Shown piece after piece: positions 12,481-23,079 of a stretch of 64,000 nt of DNA (position 1 is the stretch's first letter; the number at the start of each line of letters is the position of its first letter). This DNA is from Candidatus Eiseniibacteriota bacterium (lineage in GTDB: Bacteria; Eisenbacteria; RBG-16-71-46). The notes below the pieces were generated by a model. It saw nothing but the letters and a program-made list of their open reading frames with translations, was not told the DNA's origin and did not search any database. The position numbers and the translations under genes were made by a program. The DNA lies in the NCBI GenBank assembly GCA_963776245.1, contig CAVZLN010000008.1:360353-424352 (forward strand), written 5' to 3'.

Positions 12481-13215
12481 GTGGCACGCGCTCCCCGGGG
12501 CCAGATGGACCACGGCACAGAGGGCTATTTCTCCGAACGCGACCGTTTCCGCCGCCGTCTCGCGGCGACGGTGCTCGCCGTGAGCCTGCTGGTCGCACTG
12601 CCCTTCCTGTTGATCGGCCTGCTGCCCCGGGCCCAGCGGGAACGCGTCAAGGCGTTCCTCGACCGCGCGCCGGTGCACTTCGGCTTCGAGGGAGCGGAGA
12701 AGTACGTCGAGCGCATGAACCTCGACCTCCTCGAGACCAGCGAGCTCGGCATCCAGCACCCGCGCGCGGTCGCGCCCGTCATCATCCCCGAGGCGCACCG
12801 CGGCGGCGGCGAGCCGGCCACCGCGCGTCCCGACGCGAAGGAATTCAAGCAGGTGGTGCGCGAGCTGCCGGCCGGCGAGGGCTCGTCCGAGGCGGACATC
12901 ATGGCGCGCGCGCTGCGCCGCGCGGGCAGCACGCCGGTGTTCCGATCCGAGCAGTTGGTGATCGAGACCCTGGTGAAGCCCGAGTATCCGGAGGAGGCGA
13001 AGGCGCTGGGGATCGAGGGCCTGGTCGCGGTCATGGCGCTGATCGACACGCTCGGCCAGGTGGCCCGCGTGGAACTCGTGACCGGCAAGGCGGGCGGCGT
13101 CCTCGAGCGCGCCGCCGAGGAGGCCGTCCGCCGGGCGCGCTTCCGCCCCTACCGGCCCGCCGGCACGACCCTCGAGGTGTACGCGGTGTTCCGGTTCTCG
13201 TTCCGCCTCTACTGA
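12481..13215 (+). CDS. TonB C-terminal domain protein (energy transducer TonB family)
   Basis: N-terminal TM segment and a C-terminal EYPEEAKALGIEGLVAVMALIDTLGQVARVELV...AVRRARFRP matching the TonB_C fold. The start could be the ATG at 12505. Confidence 0.6.
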   Translation: MARAPRGQMDHGTEGYFSERDRFRRRLAATVLAVSLLVALPFLLIGLLPRAQRERVKAFLDRAPVHFGFEGAEKYVERMNLDLLETSELGIQHPRAVAPVIIPEAHRGGGEPATARPDAKEFKQVVRELPAGEGSSEADIMARALRRAGSTPVFRSEQLVIETLVKPEYPEEAKALGIEGLVAVMALIDTLGQVARVELVTGKAGGVLERAAEEAVRRARFRPYRPAGTTLEVYAVFRFSFRLY

Positions 13216-14639
13216 ACCGGGACCGCGCGGCCGCGCTGGATCACCGAGACCGGGAGCGTGAGTCCGAGCCGCGTGCCATCGAGGAAGCGCCGGGCCGCGC
13301 CCGCGGCCTCGGTCGTCACCCGTGACGCCAGCGCCGTGGCGATCTCGGCCGGCGAGAGCGCGCCGCCCGCGACCGCGTCGGCCAGCAGCGTCCCCGCGAT
13401 CCAGCCGCGCACCACGAGGCCGCGGTCCGGGTTCACGCCGCGCGCGAGCAGCACGCTGTCGAGCGCGGCCTGTTCGGCGGCCGGCAGCGTCCAGTCCTCG
13501 CCCACCAGCCGCACCCCCTCGAGCAGGCGGCGCGACTCCCCGTGGTAGCGGTCGGGCGAGAGCGCCTCGCCCCCGCACACGATGACCGAGCCGCGCTGGC
13601 GCACCAGCTCCTGGAACAGCGCGTCGCCCTCGCGCGGATCACCGTCCCACACCACCACCTCGACCCGGGCGGCGAGCATCGCCTTCACCGGCGCGCGGAG
13701 GTCGCGGCTGCCGTCGGGATAGCGCTCGCTCCACGCCACCGTCGCGCCGAGCGCCTGCGCCGCCGCGAGGAAACCGGGCGCCAGCGTGGCGCCTTCGCGG
13801 GCGGTCGAGACCAGCGCCCCGACGCGCTTCGGCCCGGCGCTCAGCAGCGAACGCGCGAGCGCCGCGCCGCGCTCTCCGCCCGAGGGTCCGATCTGGAGCA
13901 CGCCCGGTCCCGTCTCCCCCAGCGCCTCGTCGGTCGCCGTGGGGGAGATCACCGGCAGGCCGGTGAGTCGCGCGGCGCTCACCAGCGCCAGCGTGGGCAC
14001 GCTGAGCAACTCGCCGACCACCGCGCCACACCAGGCGTTGGCGGTGTCGAGCGCCGCCACCAGGCGCGCCGGGGCGCCGGCCGCGGTGGCGAGCACGACC
14101 GGCTCGACCGGACGGTCCGTGGAGCCGGCGCGCAGCGCCAGCGCGGCTTCGAAACCGGCGCGCACCGCGCCGCCGTAGGCCGCGTAGTCGCCCGAGTCCG
14201 GCAGCAGCACGGCGGCCCGGAAAGGCGAGGCGTAGGGCCGCACGCCGAGACCGGCGAGATGCTCCGTGAGCTCGCCCGCGATCTTCTTCGCGCGCTTCGG
14301 ATCGGCGATCGCGAGGCGCACCCGCAGGCGCAGGCGCAGGTCGGCGCGGTTCGCGGTCGCGCGGCCGAGCGCGGCGGAGAGCAGCGGCGCCTCGGCGGCG
14401 CCGAGCTCCTCCGGCGCGCGCCGCAGCACGTAGACCAGGTCCGCGAGCCCCGCGCTCCTCGCCCACGCCGTCAGCGCGCGGTCGCGCGCCGGCCCGGGCG
14501 CCTGCGCCGCGAGCGCGTCCGCGGCGCGCACGTCGCCGGGCACCTCCCCGGCGGCGCGCGCCGCGCCGGGGGCGGCGCCCGCGCACGCGAGCGCCAGCGC
14601 GGCCAGCAGGGACGGGACGAGACGCGGGGGGCGGGTCAT
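13209..14639 (-). CDS. periplasmic-binding-protein type I fold lipoprotein (LpoA/LivK-like)
   Basis: From the ATG at 14639: signal peptide MTRPPRLVPSLLAALALACAG, helical N-terminal part, then a PBP-like body (GLPVISPTATDEALGE...). Its 3' end overlaps the convergent tonB-like gene by 7 nt. Confidence 0.5.
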   Translation of the reverse strand: MTRPPRLVPSLLAALALACAGAAPGAARAAGEVPGDVRAADALAAQAPGPARDRALTAWARSAGLADLVYVLRRAPEELGAAEAPLLSAALGRATANRADLRLRLRVRLAIADPKRAKKIAGELTEHLAGLGVRPYASPFRAAVLLPDSGDYAAYGGAVRAGFEAALALRAGSTDRPVEPVVLATAAGAPARLVAALDTANAWCGAVVGELLSVPTLALVSAARLTGLPVISPTATDEALGETGPGVLQIGPSGGERGAALARSLLSAGPKRVGALVSTAREGATLAPGFLAAAQALGATVAWSERYPDGSRDLRAPVKAMLAARVEVVVWDGDPREGDALFQELVRQRGSVIVCGGEALSPDRYHGESRRLLEGVRLVGEDWTLPAAEQAALDSVLLARGVNPDRGLVVRGWIAGTLLADAVAGGALSPAEIATALASRVTTEAAGAARRFLDGTRLGLTLPVSVIQRGRAVPVQ

Positions 14640-14641
14640 CG

Positions 14642-15160
14642 TCAGAGGTTGAACTTCCCGAAGTCCTCGGGATTCAGGCGCTCGATGAAGCGCCGCAGAT
14701 CCTCGGCCTTCTCCTCGCCCGTCTTCTCCTGCGGCGCGTCCGCCGGCTCGGACTCCGCGGCCTCGGCCGGCGGAGGCTGGAGCAGCTCCTCGTTGACGAA
14801 GATCGGTGCCGCGGCCCGCAGCGCGACGGCGATCGAGTCCGAGGGGCGGGCGTCGATCGACAGGTGCTCGCTCTCGCGCTCGATGAAGACGTTCGCGAAG
14901 AAGGTGTTCTCCCGCAGGTCGGCGATCACCACGCGCGTCACCCGCGCGTGCAGGCCCTCGACCACGAGCTGGATGAGGTCGTGGGTGAGCGGTCGCGGGA
15001 ACGGCTCGTCGCTCACCAGCCGGCGGATGGCCGCGGCCTCGCCGGGCCCGATCCAGATGGGCAGCATGCGCGTGCCGTCCAGCTCGCGCAGCACGACGAT
15101 GTTCTGCTGGGTCTTGGGCTCGAGGATGAGCCCGTGGACCCGGACCTCGACGAGGTTCAC
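14642..15160 (-). CDS. bifunctional nuclease family protein (BFN/DUF151)
   Basis: From the GTG at 15160: VNLVEVRVHGLILEPKTQQNIVVLRELDGTRMLPIWIGPGEAAAI...RPLTHDL...ARPSDSIAVALR. GTGA overlap with the upstream PPIase stop. Confidence 0.75.
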   Translation of the reverse strand: MNLVEVRVHGLILEPKTQQNIVVLRELDGTRMLPIWIGPGEAAAIRRLVSDEPFPRPLTHDLIQLVVEGLHARVTRVVIADLRENTFFANVFIERESEHLSIDARPSDSIAVALRAAAPIFVNEELLQPPPAEAAESEPADAPQEKTGEEKAEDLRRFIERLNPEDFGKFNL

Positions 15161-16452
15161 GGCTTCTTCTCGACCCCCTTGCCCGCGGCGTGCGACCCGC
15201 CCGCCCGGGTGGTGTCGGCGGCCGGCATGGGGCGCACGCCGTCCGCGTCGAGCTGGAGCATCGGGGGGGCATCGTCGGAGCGCATGTGCTCGAGCATCCA
15301 CTTCGCCGAGGCGGCCAGCTCCGACTTCGGATAGCGCGCCAGCAGCGCGCGGAACGCGCGGTCGGCCTCGTCGTAGTTCTTGAGCTCCTCCGAATGGATG
15401 AAGCCGATCATGAACTGCGACTGCGGGGCGACCTCGGCGTCGGGGTACTGGTCGAGCAGCTGCTGGTAGAGCACGATGCGGTCGGGGGCGGGACCGGTCT
15501 CCTGCGCCTCCTTGAACAGCTCGCGCGCCGTCTTCCGGGCCGACATGAACTCCCGGATCGCGGCGGAGTCCGGGGTCACGCCCAGGTCCCGGCGCGCCTG
15601 GTCGAGCAGGCGCCGGTAGAACTCCTGCGAGCTCTGGCCCGCCAGCTGACGCTGGATGAGCGGACGCACCTGATCGAACGCGCGCACGCTCTCCTCCTTG
15701 CGCGCGTCCAGCTTGAGCAGGTGCCAGCCGCGCGCGGTGTGGATCGGCCCGCTCACCGCGCCTTCGCGCATCGCGAACGCCGACTCCGCCAGCGCGGGCT
15801 GCGAGCCCAGCGGGCCGAACATCCCGTCGCGCGTCACGGTGCCGACCAGTCCGCCGCTCGCGCGCGTCAGCGTGTCGGCGCTGGACTTCCGGGCGATCGC
15901 CGCGAAGTCCGCGCCCCTGGCCCGCGCCTGCGCGAGCAGGCGCTTCGCGTCGGCCTCGGTCTTCGCGAGCAGGTGCCGCACGGTCACGGTGCCGGGCACC
16001 CGGTACTCGCTCAGGTGCGTGTCGTAGTACCCCCGCACCTCGGAGTCGGACGGGGCGGGATTGGCCGCCATCGCCTCCGACAGGTAGGTGCGGATGAGCA
16101 GGTCGCGACGCTGCTGCTCGAGCTGCTGCTGCACCGCCGGCCGACCCGGCACTCCGGCCCGCGCCGCCATCATCAGCCACACCCGCTCCTCCAGCAGCCG
16201 TTCGAGCAGCTGCTGGCGGCCCTCGGGCGCGGCGTACTGCGCCCGCATCGACTCGGGGATCTCCCCGAGCCGCTGCTGCACCGTCGCGCGCGTGATCGAC
16301 TCGTCGCCGATGCGCACCAGCACGGCCGAGGTCTCGGCCGGGGCACCCCCCCGGGCGGCGCGCTTGGCGGCCGGTGCCCGCGCGGCCGCCACCGGCAGCG
16401 CGGCCAGCATCACCAGGCAGCCGCCGAACAGGAGGCCGCGCGCGCGCGTCAT
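15157..16452 (-). CDS. PpiC-type peptidyl-prolyl cis-trans isomerase (SurA/PrsA-like) with C-terminal TPR-like region
   Basis: From the ATG at 16452: signal peptide, SurA-N-like helices, then a parvulin core (VRHLLAKTEADAKRLL...GGLVGTVTRDGMFGP...GWHLLKL). ATGA overlap with the rplI stop. Confidence 0.75.
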   Translation of the reverse strand: MTRARGLLFGGCLVMLAALPVAAARAPAAKRAARGGAPAETSAVLVRIGDESITRATVQQRLGEIPESMRAQYAAPEGRQQLLERLLEERVWLMMAARAGVPGRPAVQQQLEQQRRDLLIRTYLSEAMAANPAPSDSEVRGYYDTHLSEYRVPGTVTVRHLLAKTEADAKRLLAQARARGADFAAIARKSSADTLTRASGGLVGTVTRDGMFGPLGSQPALAESAFAMREGAVSGPIHTARGWHLLKLDARKEESVRAFDQVRPLIQRQLAGQSSQEFYRRLLDQARRDLGVTPDSAAIREFMSARKTARELFKEAQETGPAPDRIVLYQQLLDQYPDAEVAPQSQFMIGFIHSEELKNYDEADRAFRALLARYPKSELAASAKWMLEHMRSDDAPPMLQLDADGVRPMPAADTTRAGGSHAAGKGVEKKP

Positions 16453-16892
16453 GGCCGCACCACCCAGACCTTCACCGTCGCGGTGACCCCGCCATAGAGC
16501 TTGATGGCCACGTCGTAGCGCCCCAGCTGCTTGATGTGCTCGGGCATCTCGATCCGCCGCTGGTCGACCTCGTGCCCCGCCCGCGCCAGCGCCTCGGCGA
16601 TGTCGGCGTTCGTGATCGAGCCGAACAGCGTGTCGTCCTCGTTCGCCTGCGCCGGGATGTTGACCTCCGCGCCCTCGATGCGGGCCGCCTCGGCGCGCGC
16701 GGCGGCGACCAGCTTGTCCTCCTTCACCTCGCGCTGGCGGAGCAGCTCCTTGAGGAGATTGCCGGCCTTCGAGCCGGCCGGGATGGCGAGCTTGCGGGGC
16801 AGCAGGAAGTTGCGGGCATAGCCGGGCTTCACGTTGACGGTGATGCCCTTCTCTCCCACACCCTTCAGATCTTCGAGCAGGATGACTTCCAT
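16449..16892 (-). CDS. rplI: 50S ribosomal protein L9
   Basis: MEVILLEDLKGVGEKGITVNVKPGYARNFLLPRKLA... is an unmistakable L9. Confidence 0.95.
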   Translation of the reverse strand: MEVILLEDLKGVGEKGITVNVKPGYARNFLLPRKLAIPAGSKAGNLLKELLRQREVKEDKLVAAARAEAARIEGAEVNIPAQANEDDTLFGSITNADIAEALARAGHEVDQRRIEMPEHIKQLGRYDVAIKLYGGVTATVKVWVVRP

Positions 16893-16901
16893 CGGTTCTC
16901 C

Positions 16902-17888
16902 CTAGGGGTTTCCACCGTCGACGGTGGGTTCGAGGCGGCGATGATCGAGCCAGGCGTCGCTCAGGCCGAGCGCGACGGCGGTCATCACGAACACCGGCAT
17001 GGCCACGGCGAGCACGAACAGCATCGTCAGGGCGATCACGGCGGTCGGCACCCCGCGCGACAGCAGCAGGGAAGATACCACCGCGATCCCTTGCACTCCG
17101 AAACCGAGACCCGCGCTGAGCAACAGCGTCCAGCCGCTCGGCGCGGCGGGCGCCCACGCGATGACGAGCACCGCGAGCCCGGCGAGGAACGTCCACAGCA
17201 CACCATCCGGGACCCGCCACTGGGTGAGCGGGGTGCGCGTCATCGGCGGCCACCGCAGCACCCGCGCGGCGCGCGACGCGAACGTGCGCCCCGCGCCCAC
17301 CAGCAGCGCCACCCAGGCGAACAGCGCGGTGGGCACCAGGAACGGCACCACCACCTCGCGGTACACCCGCGACAGCGTCTGCATCCCGGCCATCGCGTCG
17401 CGGATCTGGCGCGCGTCGTAATGGCGCGGCGCCTCGGCCTCGAACCAGCGCTGGAACTCCAGCCACGAGGCGTCGAGGCCGGAGCGCATCGCCCCGTAGC
17501 CCGGCAGCCAGGGCAGCGCCACCGCCAGCGCCAGCACCGGCGCCAGGAACCACGCGCGGTCGCCCGCGCCGGCTCGCCCGCCCTCCTCGCGCAGCCCGGT
17601 CCACGCCCCCGAGAGCGCCGCGGCGGGGATCCACCACGCCCACAGCGCCCCCGGCACGCCGGTCGCCAGCGCGCCCGCCGCCGCCACGGCCGGGACCACC
17701 AGCCCCCAGCGGCCGAAGCGCCACGCCAGCAGCATGGCGAGCGCGGTCAGCACCGGTGCCGCGAGCCACACCACGGCCCACGGACCCGGCGCCTCGGCCG
17801 CCATCACGCCGAGCAGCGCCGCGACCAGAAACGCCCGCGCCCACGTGGGGCCGCGCGCGACCCGGGCCGTGTCAGCGATAGAGGTCAC
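16902..17888 (-). CDS. DUF2232 (YybS-like) polytopic membrane protein
   Basis: 328-aa hydrophobic ORF in the position between rpsR and rplI where YybS/DUF2232 genes are commonly found. The start is uncertain. Confidence 0.55.
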   Translation of the reverse strand: MTSIADTARVARGPTWARAFLVAALLGVMAAEAPGPWAVVWLAAPVLTALAMLLAWRFGRWGLVVPAVAAAGALATGVPGALWAWWIPAAALSGAWTGLREEGGRAGAGDRAWFLAPVLALAVALPWLPGYGAMRSGLDASWLEFQRWFEAEAPRHYDARQIRDAMAGMQTLSRVYREVVVPFLVPTALFAWVALLVGAGRTFASRAARVLRWPPMTRTPLTQWRVPDGVLWTFLAGLAVLVIAWAPAAPSGWTLLLSAGLGFGVQGIAVVSSLLLSRGVPTAVIALTMLFVLAVAMPVFVMTAVALGLSDAWLDHRRLEPTVDGGNP

Positions 17889-18114
17889 TGGTGAACGGCA
17901 GCAGCGCCAGCACCCGCGCCCGCTTGATCGCGGTCGTCAGCTGCTTCTGATGGCGCGCGCACGTGCCCGACACCCGTCGCGGGACGATCTTGCCGCGGTC
18001 GGTGATGAACCGGCCGAGACGCTTCTCGTCCTTGTAGTCCACGAACCCGACCTTCTCCAGACACAGCTTGCAGTACTTGCGCTTGATGCTCTTGCCTTCG
18101 CGTTCCTTGGCCAT
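17872..18114 (-). CDS. rpsR: 30S ribosomal protein S18
   Basis: [65 protein letters not shown] lies upstream of the ATG at 18114. Confidence 0.95.
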   Translation of the reverse strand: MAKEREGKSIKRKYCKLCLEKVGFVDYKDEKRLGRFITDRGKIVPRRVSGTCARHQKQLTTAIKRARVLALLPFTSDLYR

Positions 18115-18144
18115 CGCTCTCCTTCTCACCTCCGTCGACGGGGC

Positions 18145-18544
18145 CTAGGCCCTGTCCGATCCCGGCGGCGGCGCGCTCTCCGGCGCCTCGCCGCCCTCCG
18201 GCCAATCCATGAAGTGGACCAGGTCGGCCCGCACTTCGAGTCGCGAGCGCTTCTCGCCACCCGGGGCCGTCCACTCCCGCATCTGCATCCGTCCTTCCAC
18301 CAGCACCGCGCTCCCCTTGTGGAGATGCGCGGCGCACACCTCGGCGAGGCGCTGGACCGTCACCACCGGCGTGAACCCGGTCTGCTCGGCGATCTTCCCA
18401 TCCTTCGCCTCGCCAGCGGCGATGGAAGGCGATGGTGAAGGTCGTGACCGGGGTGCCGTCGGTCGCATAGCGCTTGTCGGGATCGCGCGTGAGCCGCCCG
18501 CCCAGTTGCACCCGGTTGATCTCGGGGAGCCTGAATCCGGACAT
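18145..18544 (-). CDS. ssb: single-stranded DNA-binding protein, reading frame broken once
   Basis: The N-terminus MSGFRLPEINRVQLGGRLTRDPDKRYATDGTPVTTFTIAFHRRW is in one frame. The remainder (EAKDGKIAEQTGFTPVVTVQRLAEVCAAHLHKGSAVLVEGRMQMREW...) is in another. The 400-nt span is not a multiple of 3. The shift lies near 18415-18428. Confidence 0.85.
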
Positions 18545-18572
18545 TTCCCCTCCGCTCGCGACCCCCGCCGCG

Positions 18573-18926
18573 CTACTCGTCCCCGGCGTCCTCGCTGGCA
18601 GCCACCAGTTCCGGGTCGGCCTGCGGTTGCGTGAGCTCCGGCGGAACATGCAGCACGGTGAGGACGCGCATGACCTGCTCGTCGAGCTTCATGCGGCGCT
18701 CGACCTCCCTCACCACCGGCCCCGGCCCCTGGTAGAGGAGCAGCGTGTAGATGCCGTCGCGGCGGCGATTGATCTCGTAGGCGAGACGCCGCTTGCCCCA
18801 GCGCTGCACCTCGAGCACCTCGCCGCCCAGATCCTTGATCCAGCCGGTGACGCGCTCGATCTCCTCGTTGACCTTCCCCTCGTCGAGGCCGGGCTCGAGG
18901 ATGAACGTGGTCTCGTACTTGTTCAC
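18573..18926 (-). CDS. rpsF: 30S ribosomal protein S6
   Basis: From the GTG at 18926, preceded by GGAGG: VNKYETTFILEPGLDEGKVNEEIERVTGWIKDLGGEVLEVQRWGKRRLAYEI. GTGA overlap with the pth stop. Confidence 0.9.
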   Translation of the reverse strand: MNKYETTFILEPGLDEGKVNEEIERVTGWIKDLGGEVLEVQRWGKRRLAYEINRRRDGIYTLLLYQGPGPVVREVERRMKLDEQVMRVLTVLHVPPELTQPQADPELVAASEDAGDE

Positions 18927-19511
18927 GGTTCGGATTCCTCCTGACGGACCCTGCGATTGAATCGATTCATGGCGGCGAGGATGCCCTGCTCCAGCCAGCA
19001 CTCCACCGCGTCGGCGGCGAGCCCCGCGGCGCTTCTCCGCGGCCGCCCGCCCTGTGTCGTCGAACTCGTCCAGCACGTGTTCCCGCAGCCCCTCGCCACC
19101 CTCGGCCGCGCCGACCCCGATGCGGAGCCGCGCGTAGCCCTCACCGCCGAGCGCCTCCGAGATGCTCTCGAGGCCGCGGTGCCCTCCCGACGAGCCCCGG
19201 GTGCGCAAGCGCAGGACACCCAGCGGCAGATACACGTCGTCGGCGATCACGAGGGACTCCTGTCCCTCCAGCGGATGACGCTCGCTCCATGCGAGCAGCG
19301 CCGTCCCGCTGGCGTTCATGTACGTCAGCGGCGCGACCAGATGCACGTCGCGTCCGCCCACGGCGGCGATGCGGCTGCGGTATTCGGGCGTCGTCTCTCC
19401 CGGGCCCGCCCGCCAGCGCGCAGCCAGCAGGTCGAGGACCCACCAGCCCACGTTGTGACGGGTCCGCGCGTACCGCGCACCGGGATTGCCCAGCCCGAGG
19501 ACCAGCGGCAC
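18923..19511 (-). CDS. pth: peptidyl-tRNA hydrolase, reading frame broken once
   Basis: MPLVLGLGNPGARYARTRHNVGWWVLD...HVLDEFDDTGRAAAEK is in one frame. The C-terminus AAGLAADAVECWLEQGILAAMNRFN is in another. The shift lies near 19025-19040. Confidence 0.85.
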
Positions 19512-19517
19512 GGCCGC

Positions 19518-20211
19518 CTACTTCTTCTCGCCCTTCTCGGCCTTCTTCTCGCTCTTCTCGTCCTCGCCGGCCTCCTCCTTCTTGCCCTTGGCGATGACCT
19601 CCGGCTCGGTGGTCTCGGCGACGGCCGCGACCTCTTCCGCCGGCTTCTCCTCGGCGACCGTCGGCGGCACCACGGTCGCGATCGTCGCGTCCGGGTCCGT
19701 CAGGATCTCGATGTCCGCGACGCTCAGATCGCGCACGTGCACCGAGTCGCCGATGTTCAGCGCCGCCACGTCCACGTCGATCGACGCCGGGATCGCGGTC
19801 GGCAGACAGCGCACCTCCACCGTGCGGAGGATGTGCTCGACGATGCCGCCGGCGTCCTTCACGCCCACCGGCAGGCCGACGAGGTGCACCGCGACCTCGA
19901 CCTCGATGCTCTCGGTGAGCGAGATGTGCTGGAAGTCGAGGTGCACGAGCTTGCGCGAGAGCGGGTCGTACTGCGCGTCGCGCACCAGCACCGTGTACTC
20001 GCCGCCGTCCACCTTCAGGCTGACGAGCGGGTTGCCGCCCTTGTGCTTCAGCATCGCGAGCTGGAACTCGCGCGCGCCGACGCGGACCGGGATCGGCGTC
20101 TCACCGTGTCCGTACACGATCGCCGGGGATGTCACCGGCCGCCCGCGCCTTGCGCGCGCCGCCCTTGCCGAGGGCCGTGCGCCGCTGGGCGGTCAACGAG
20201 ATGACCGACAT
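19518..20211 (-). CDS. rplY: 50S ribosomal protein L25 / general stress protein Ctc, reading frame broken once
   Basis: The ATG at 20211 (GGAGGAG upstream) gives [29 protein letters not shown]. The frame then slips to [21 protein letters not shown]..., the 205-aa ORF. The shift lies near 20118-20133. Confidence 0.85.
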
Positions 20212-20283
20212 GCGTGCTCCTCCTTAAGATGGGTCGTCGCCGCGGTGCGGCCCCGTCTCGGGGCGCCGCTTCCGCGTGCTTCC

Positions 20284-21233
20284 CTAGATGAACAACGAAC
20301 TGAGCGAGCGCTCCTCGTGGATGCGCTGGACCGCTTCGCCCAGCAGGCCCGCGACCGACAGCTCGGTGACGTTCGCGGGCAATGGCGCGCCTTCGTGGCT
20401 CACCGTGTCGGTGATGACGAGCTCGCGGATCGGCGACTGGCCGATGCGCTCGAGCGCGCCGTGGCTGAACACCCCGTGCGTCACGCCGGCCGAGACCGAA
20501 CGGGCGCCGTTCTTCACGATCACTTCCGCGGCCTGGCAGAGCGTGCGCGCGGTGGTGACGACGTCGTCGAACAGCACCACGTTGCTGGCCCTCGACCTCG
20601 CCGATCAGGTTCATGACCTCGACCGAGTCCGGGCGCGGGCGGCGCTTGTCCACCAGCCCCAGCTCCGCGCCGAGACGCTTGGCGTAGGCGCGCGCCATCT
20701 TCACGCTGCCGATGTCCGGCGCGACCACCATCAGATCGCTGGTCTGCTTGCGCTGGAAGTGATCCACCAGCACCGGCGCGGCGTAGAGGTGATCGAACGG
20801 GATGTCGAAGAAGCCCTGGATCTGCGCGCTGTGCAGATCCATGGTGAGCGCGCGGTCCGCGCCCGCCACGGTGATCAGGTTCGCCACCAGCTTGGCCGAG
20901 ATCGGCGCGCGCGGCTGGTCCTTGCGGTCCTGGCGCGCGTAGCCGAAGTACGGCAGCACCGCGGTCACCCGCCGCGCCGAGGCGCGCTTGGCCGCGTCGA
21001 GCATGACCAGCAGCTCCATGAGGTTGTCCGCCGGGCGCGCCGGTCGCCTGCACGATGAACACGTCGCCGCCGCGGATGTTCTCGTTGAAGCGCACCGAGA
21101 CCTCGCCGTCCTCGAAGCGCGACACGTCGCAGTCCCCGAGCGGCGACTTCAGCCGCTCGCAGATCGCGGCCGCGAGCCCGCGACTGGCGTTCCCCGCGAA
21201 TACCCGACACGGATCCAAGCGCATCTCCTCCAT
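20284..21233 (-). CDS. prs: ribose-phosphate pyrophosphokinase, reading frame broken twice
   Basis: Three pieces lie in three frames: [14 protein letters not shown]...[13 protein letters not shown], then [37 protein letters not shown]...[12 protein letters not shown], then [15 protein letters not shown]...ITDTV. The shifts lie near 21022-21041 and 20583-20592. Confidence 0.85.
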
Positions 21234-21372
21234 CGGATGCGGTCACAGCCGAGCCGCGAACGGACGAGCCGCCACGGCGCGATCGGGTCCGAAAGCGGAC
21301 ACGCACGCGCACGGTCAGGCCGTGCCGCGCGTGCCTCACGCACCGGGGCCGTCATCCGCCCGACCCGAAAGA

Positions 21373-21447
21373 TGGCTGGGGCGGGAGGATTCGAACCTCC
21401 GGATGCGAGATCCAAAGTCTCGTGCCTTACCGCTTGGCCACGCCCCA
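21373..21447 (-). tRNA. tRNA-Gln (anticodon UUG), CCA encoded
   Basis: The reverse complement TGGGGCGTGGCCAAGCGGTAAGGCACGAGACTTTGGATCTCGCATCCGGAGGTTCGAATCCTCCCGCCCCAGCCA folds as a cloverleaf with anticodon loop CTTTGGA. Confidence 0.9.
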
Positions 21448-21552
21448 CCAACAGAACGGGATTTCCGTCACGGTCCGTTCCCCACAGGCAGGGGTCCGGG
21501 GTGCAGGTCATTGGCCCGAAGGGATGAAAGGTGTTGCAGAAAAGCGAGGTGG

Positions 21553-21582
21553 AGACTACCGGGAAGCGCGGCCGGATGTCAA
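21553..21582 (-). promoter_or_regulatory. candidate sigma-70 promoter upstream of tRNA-Gln
   Basis: The minus strand reads TTGACA-18 nt-TAGTCT in a locally GC-poorer patch about 100 nt upstream of the tRNA 5' end. Confidence 0.3.
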
Positions 21583-21699
21583 TGCTCGACGCCTCCGGGC
21601 GGGGTCCGGCGCCCCGGAGGGGGACTCGCGGGGCCGGCGGGCCCGGGACGGCCCCCCGCGGCCGGGCGCGGCGCCCCGGTCGCGCGGCGGAGGCCCCGG

Positions 21700-22012
21700 T
21701 CAGTCTTCGTGAAGGGCGTTCGCCATCGGGGACGCGGCCACCGTGCCCGGGGCGCGCTGGAGTTCCTTCTCGTACTCACCCATGACCATCTCGGTCAGGT
21801 ACTTGCGGGTGATGTCGTTGATCGGGTGGGCCAGGTCCTGGTGCTGGCCATCGGGGCGCTTGCGGCTCGGCATCGCCACGAACAGCCCCGAGTTCCCGTG
21901 GATGATCTTCAGCCCGCGGATGACGAAAGCGTCGTTCGAGCGTGATCGAGACGAACGCCTTGAGCTTGTCGTCGTTGCGCAGCGAGACCCGCACTTCGGT
22001 GATCTGGATCAT
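21700..22012 (-). CDS. spoVG: septation protein SpoVG, reading frame broken once
   Basis: MIQITEVRVSLRNDDKLKAFVSITL, then after a slip near 21930-21946, DAFVIRGLKIIHGNSGLFVAMPSRKRPDGQHQDLAHPIN.... Confidence 0.8.
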
Positions 22013-22184
22013 CCGATCACCCTGACAGCGGGCCCGCGGGCGCTGTGGCGCCGCCAGCCCGAAGACCCGGGCAGCGGGCTTCCTTGCGACTTGAGCATGT
22101 GGCCTCCTTGCTTCGCGCTCAAGCTACGGCAGTGGTCCGAGTCGCAGACCTGCGCTTCGAGACCGGACCCCATACAGGGTCTCG

Positions 22185-23079
22185 TCACCGGAGAAGCGGC
22201 CCAGGAAGTCTCTGAACGGAAGTGCCCGGCGCGATCACGCCGAACACCGCCGACCCACTGCCCGTCATGCGGACCGGATCCGCACCCGCCGCGCGCAACC
22301 GCGCGCAGAGCGCGACGAATCCCGCCCGTCGTTCACCCAGCACGTCCTCGAACGCGTTGCCGAGGCGCACCGCATCATGCGGCGCCACGGCTGCTTGTCG
22401 CAGTTCGTCCGCGATTCTTAGTTTGCTGCTCCATAGTGTCAAGGACGATTTGCGCACGTCGAGTGCGGCGAATGCCCGCGCGGTCGAGATGCGCCATGCC
22501 GGCACGACCACGACGGCCCGGAACGGGCGCGCGAGCCGCAGCCGTTCGAGCCGCTCGCCGCGGCCGAGCCCCAGCGCGGTGCCGCCGAGCGCGCGAACGG
22601 CACGTCGGAGCCCAGCTCGGCCGCCAGCGCGAGCCGCTGCGCGCGCGGGCGGCGCACGCCGTAGAGCGCATCAGCGCCACCAGGGCCGCCGCCGCGTCGG
22701 CGCTGCCGCCTCCCATGCCGGCCTGCGCGCCGGGATGCGCTTGACCAGCGTGAACCGCGCCCCGCCGATGCGCGCGATCGCGCGCCGCCAGCAGCCGCGC
22801 CGCGCGCAGCACCAGGTTGCCGGCCCCCGCCGGCACGCCGGCCGCGCGCGCGGCGCGCGCGGTGCGCCGCGCAGCGCGGCGTCCTCGTGGCGCACGCGTC
22901 AGCGAGAAGCCTGCGCCGCGGCGACCGCGCGACCAGCGTGTCGGCGAGCGAGATGGACTGGAACACCGTGGCGAGGTCGTGGAAGCCGTCGGGCCGCGGC
23001 GGACCGACCGCGAGCCCGAGGTTGAGCTTGGCGCGCGCCTCGACCTCGACGCCGCGCCGGCCGCGGCCGCCGGCGTCAT
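22185..23079 (-). pseudogene. ispE: 4-diphosphocytidyl-2-C-methyl-D-erythritol kinase, at least 5 frame changes
   Basis: IspE motifs are scattered over three frames: VEVEARAKLNLGLAV, VPAGAGNLVLRAARLL, FTLVKRIP, GMGGGSADAAAALVAL, LAAELGSDVPF and RMTGSGSAVFGV. The ATG at 23079 overlaps the upstream stop (ATGA). Confidence 0.75.
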
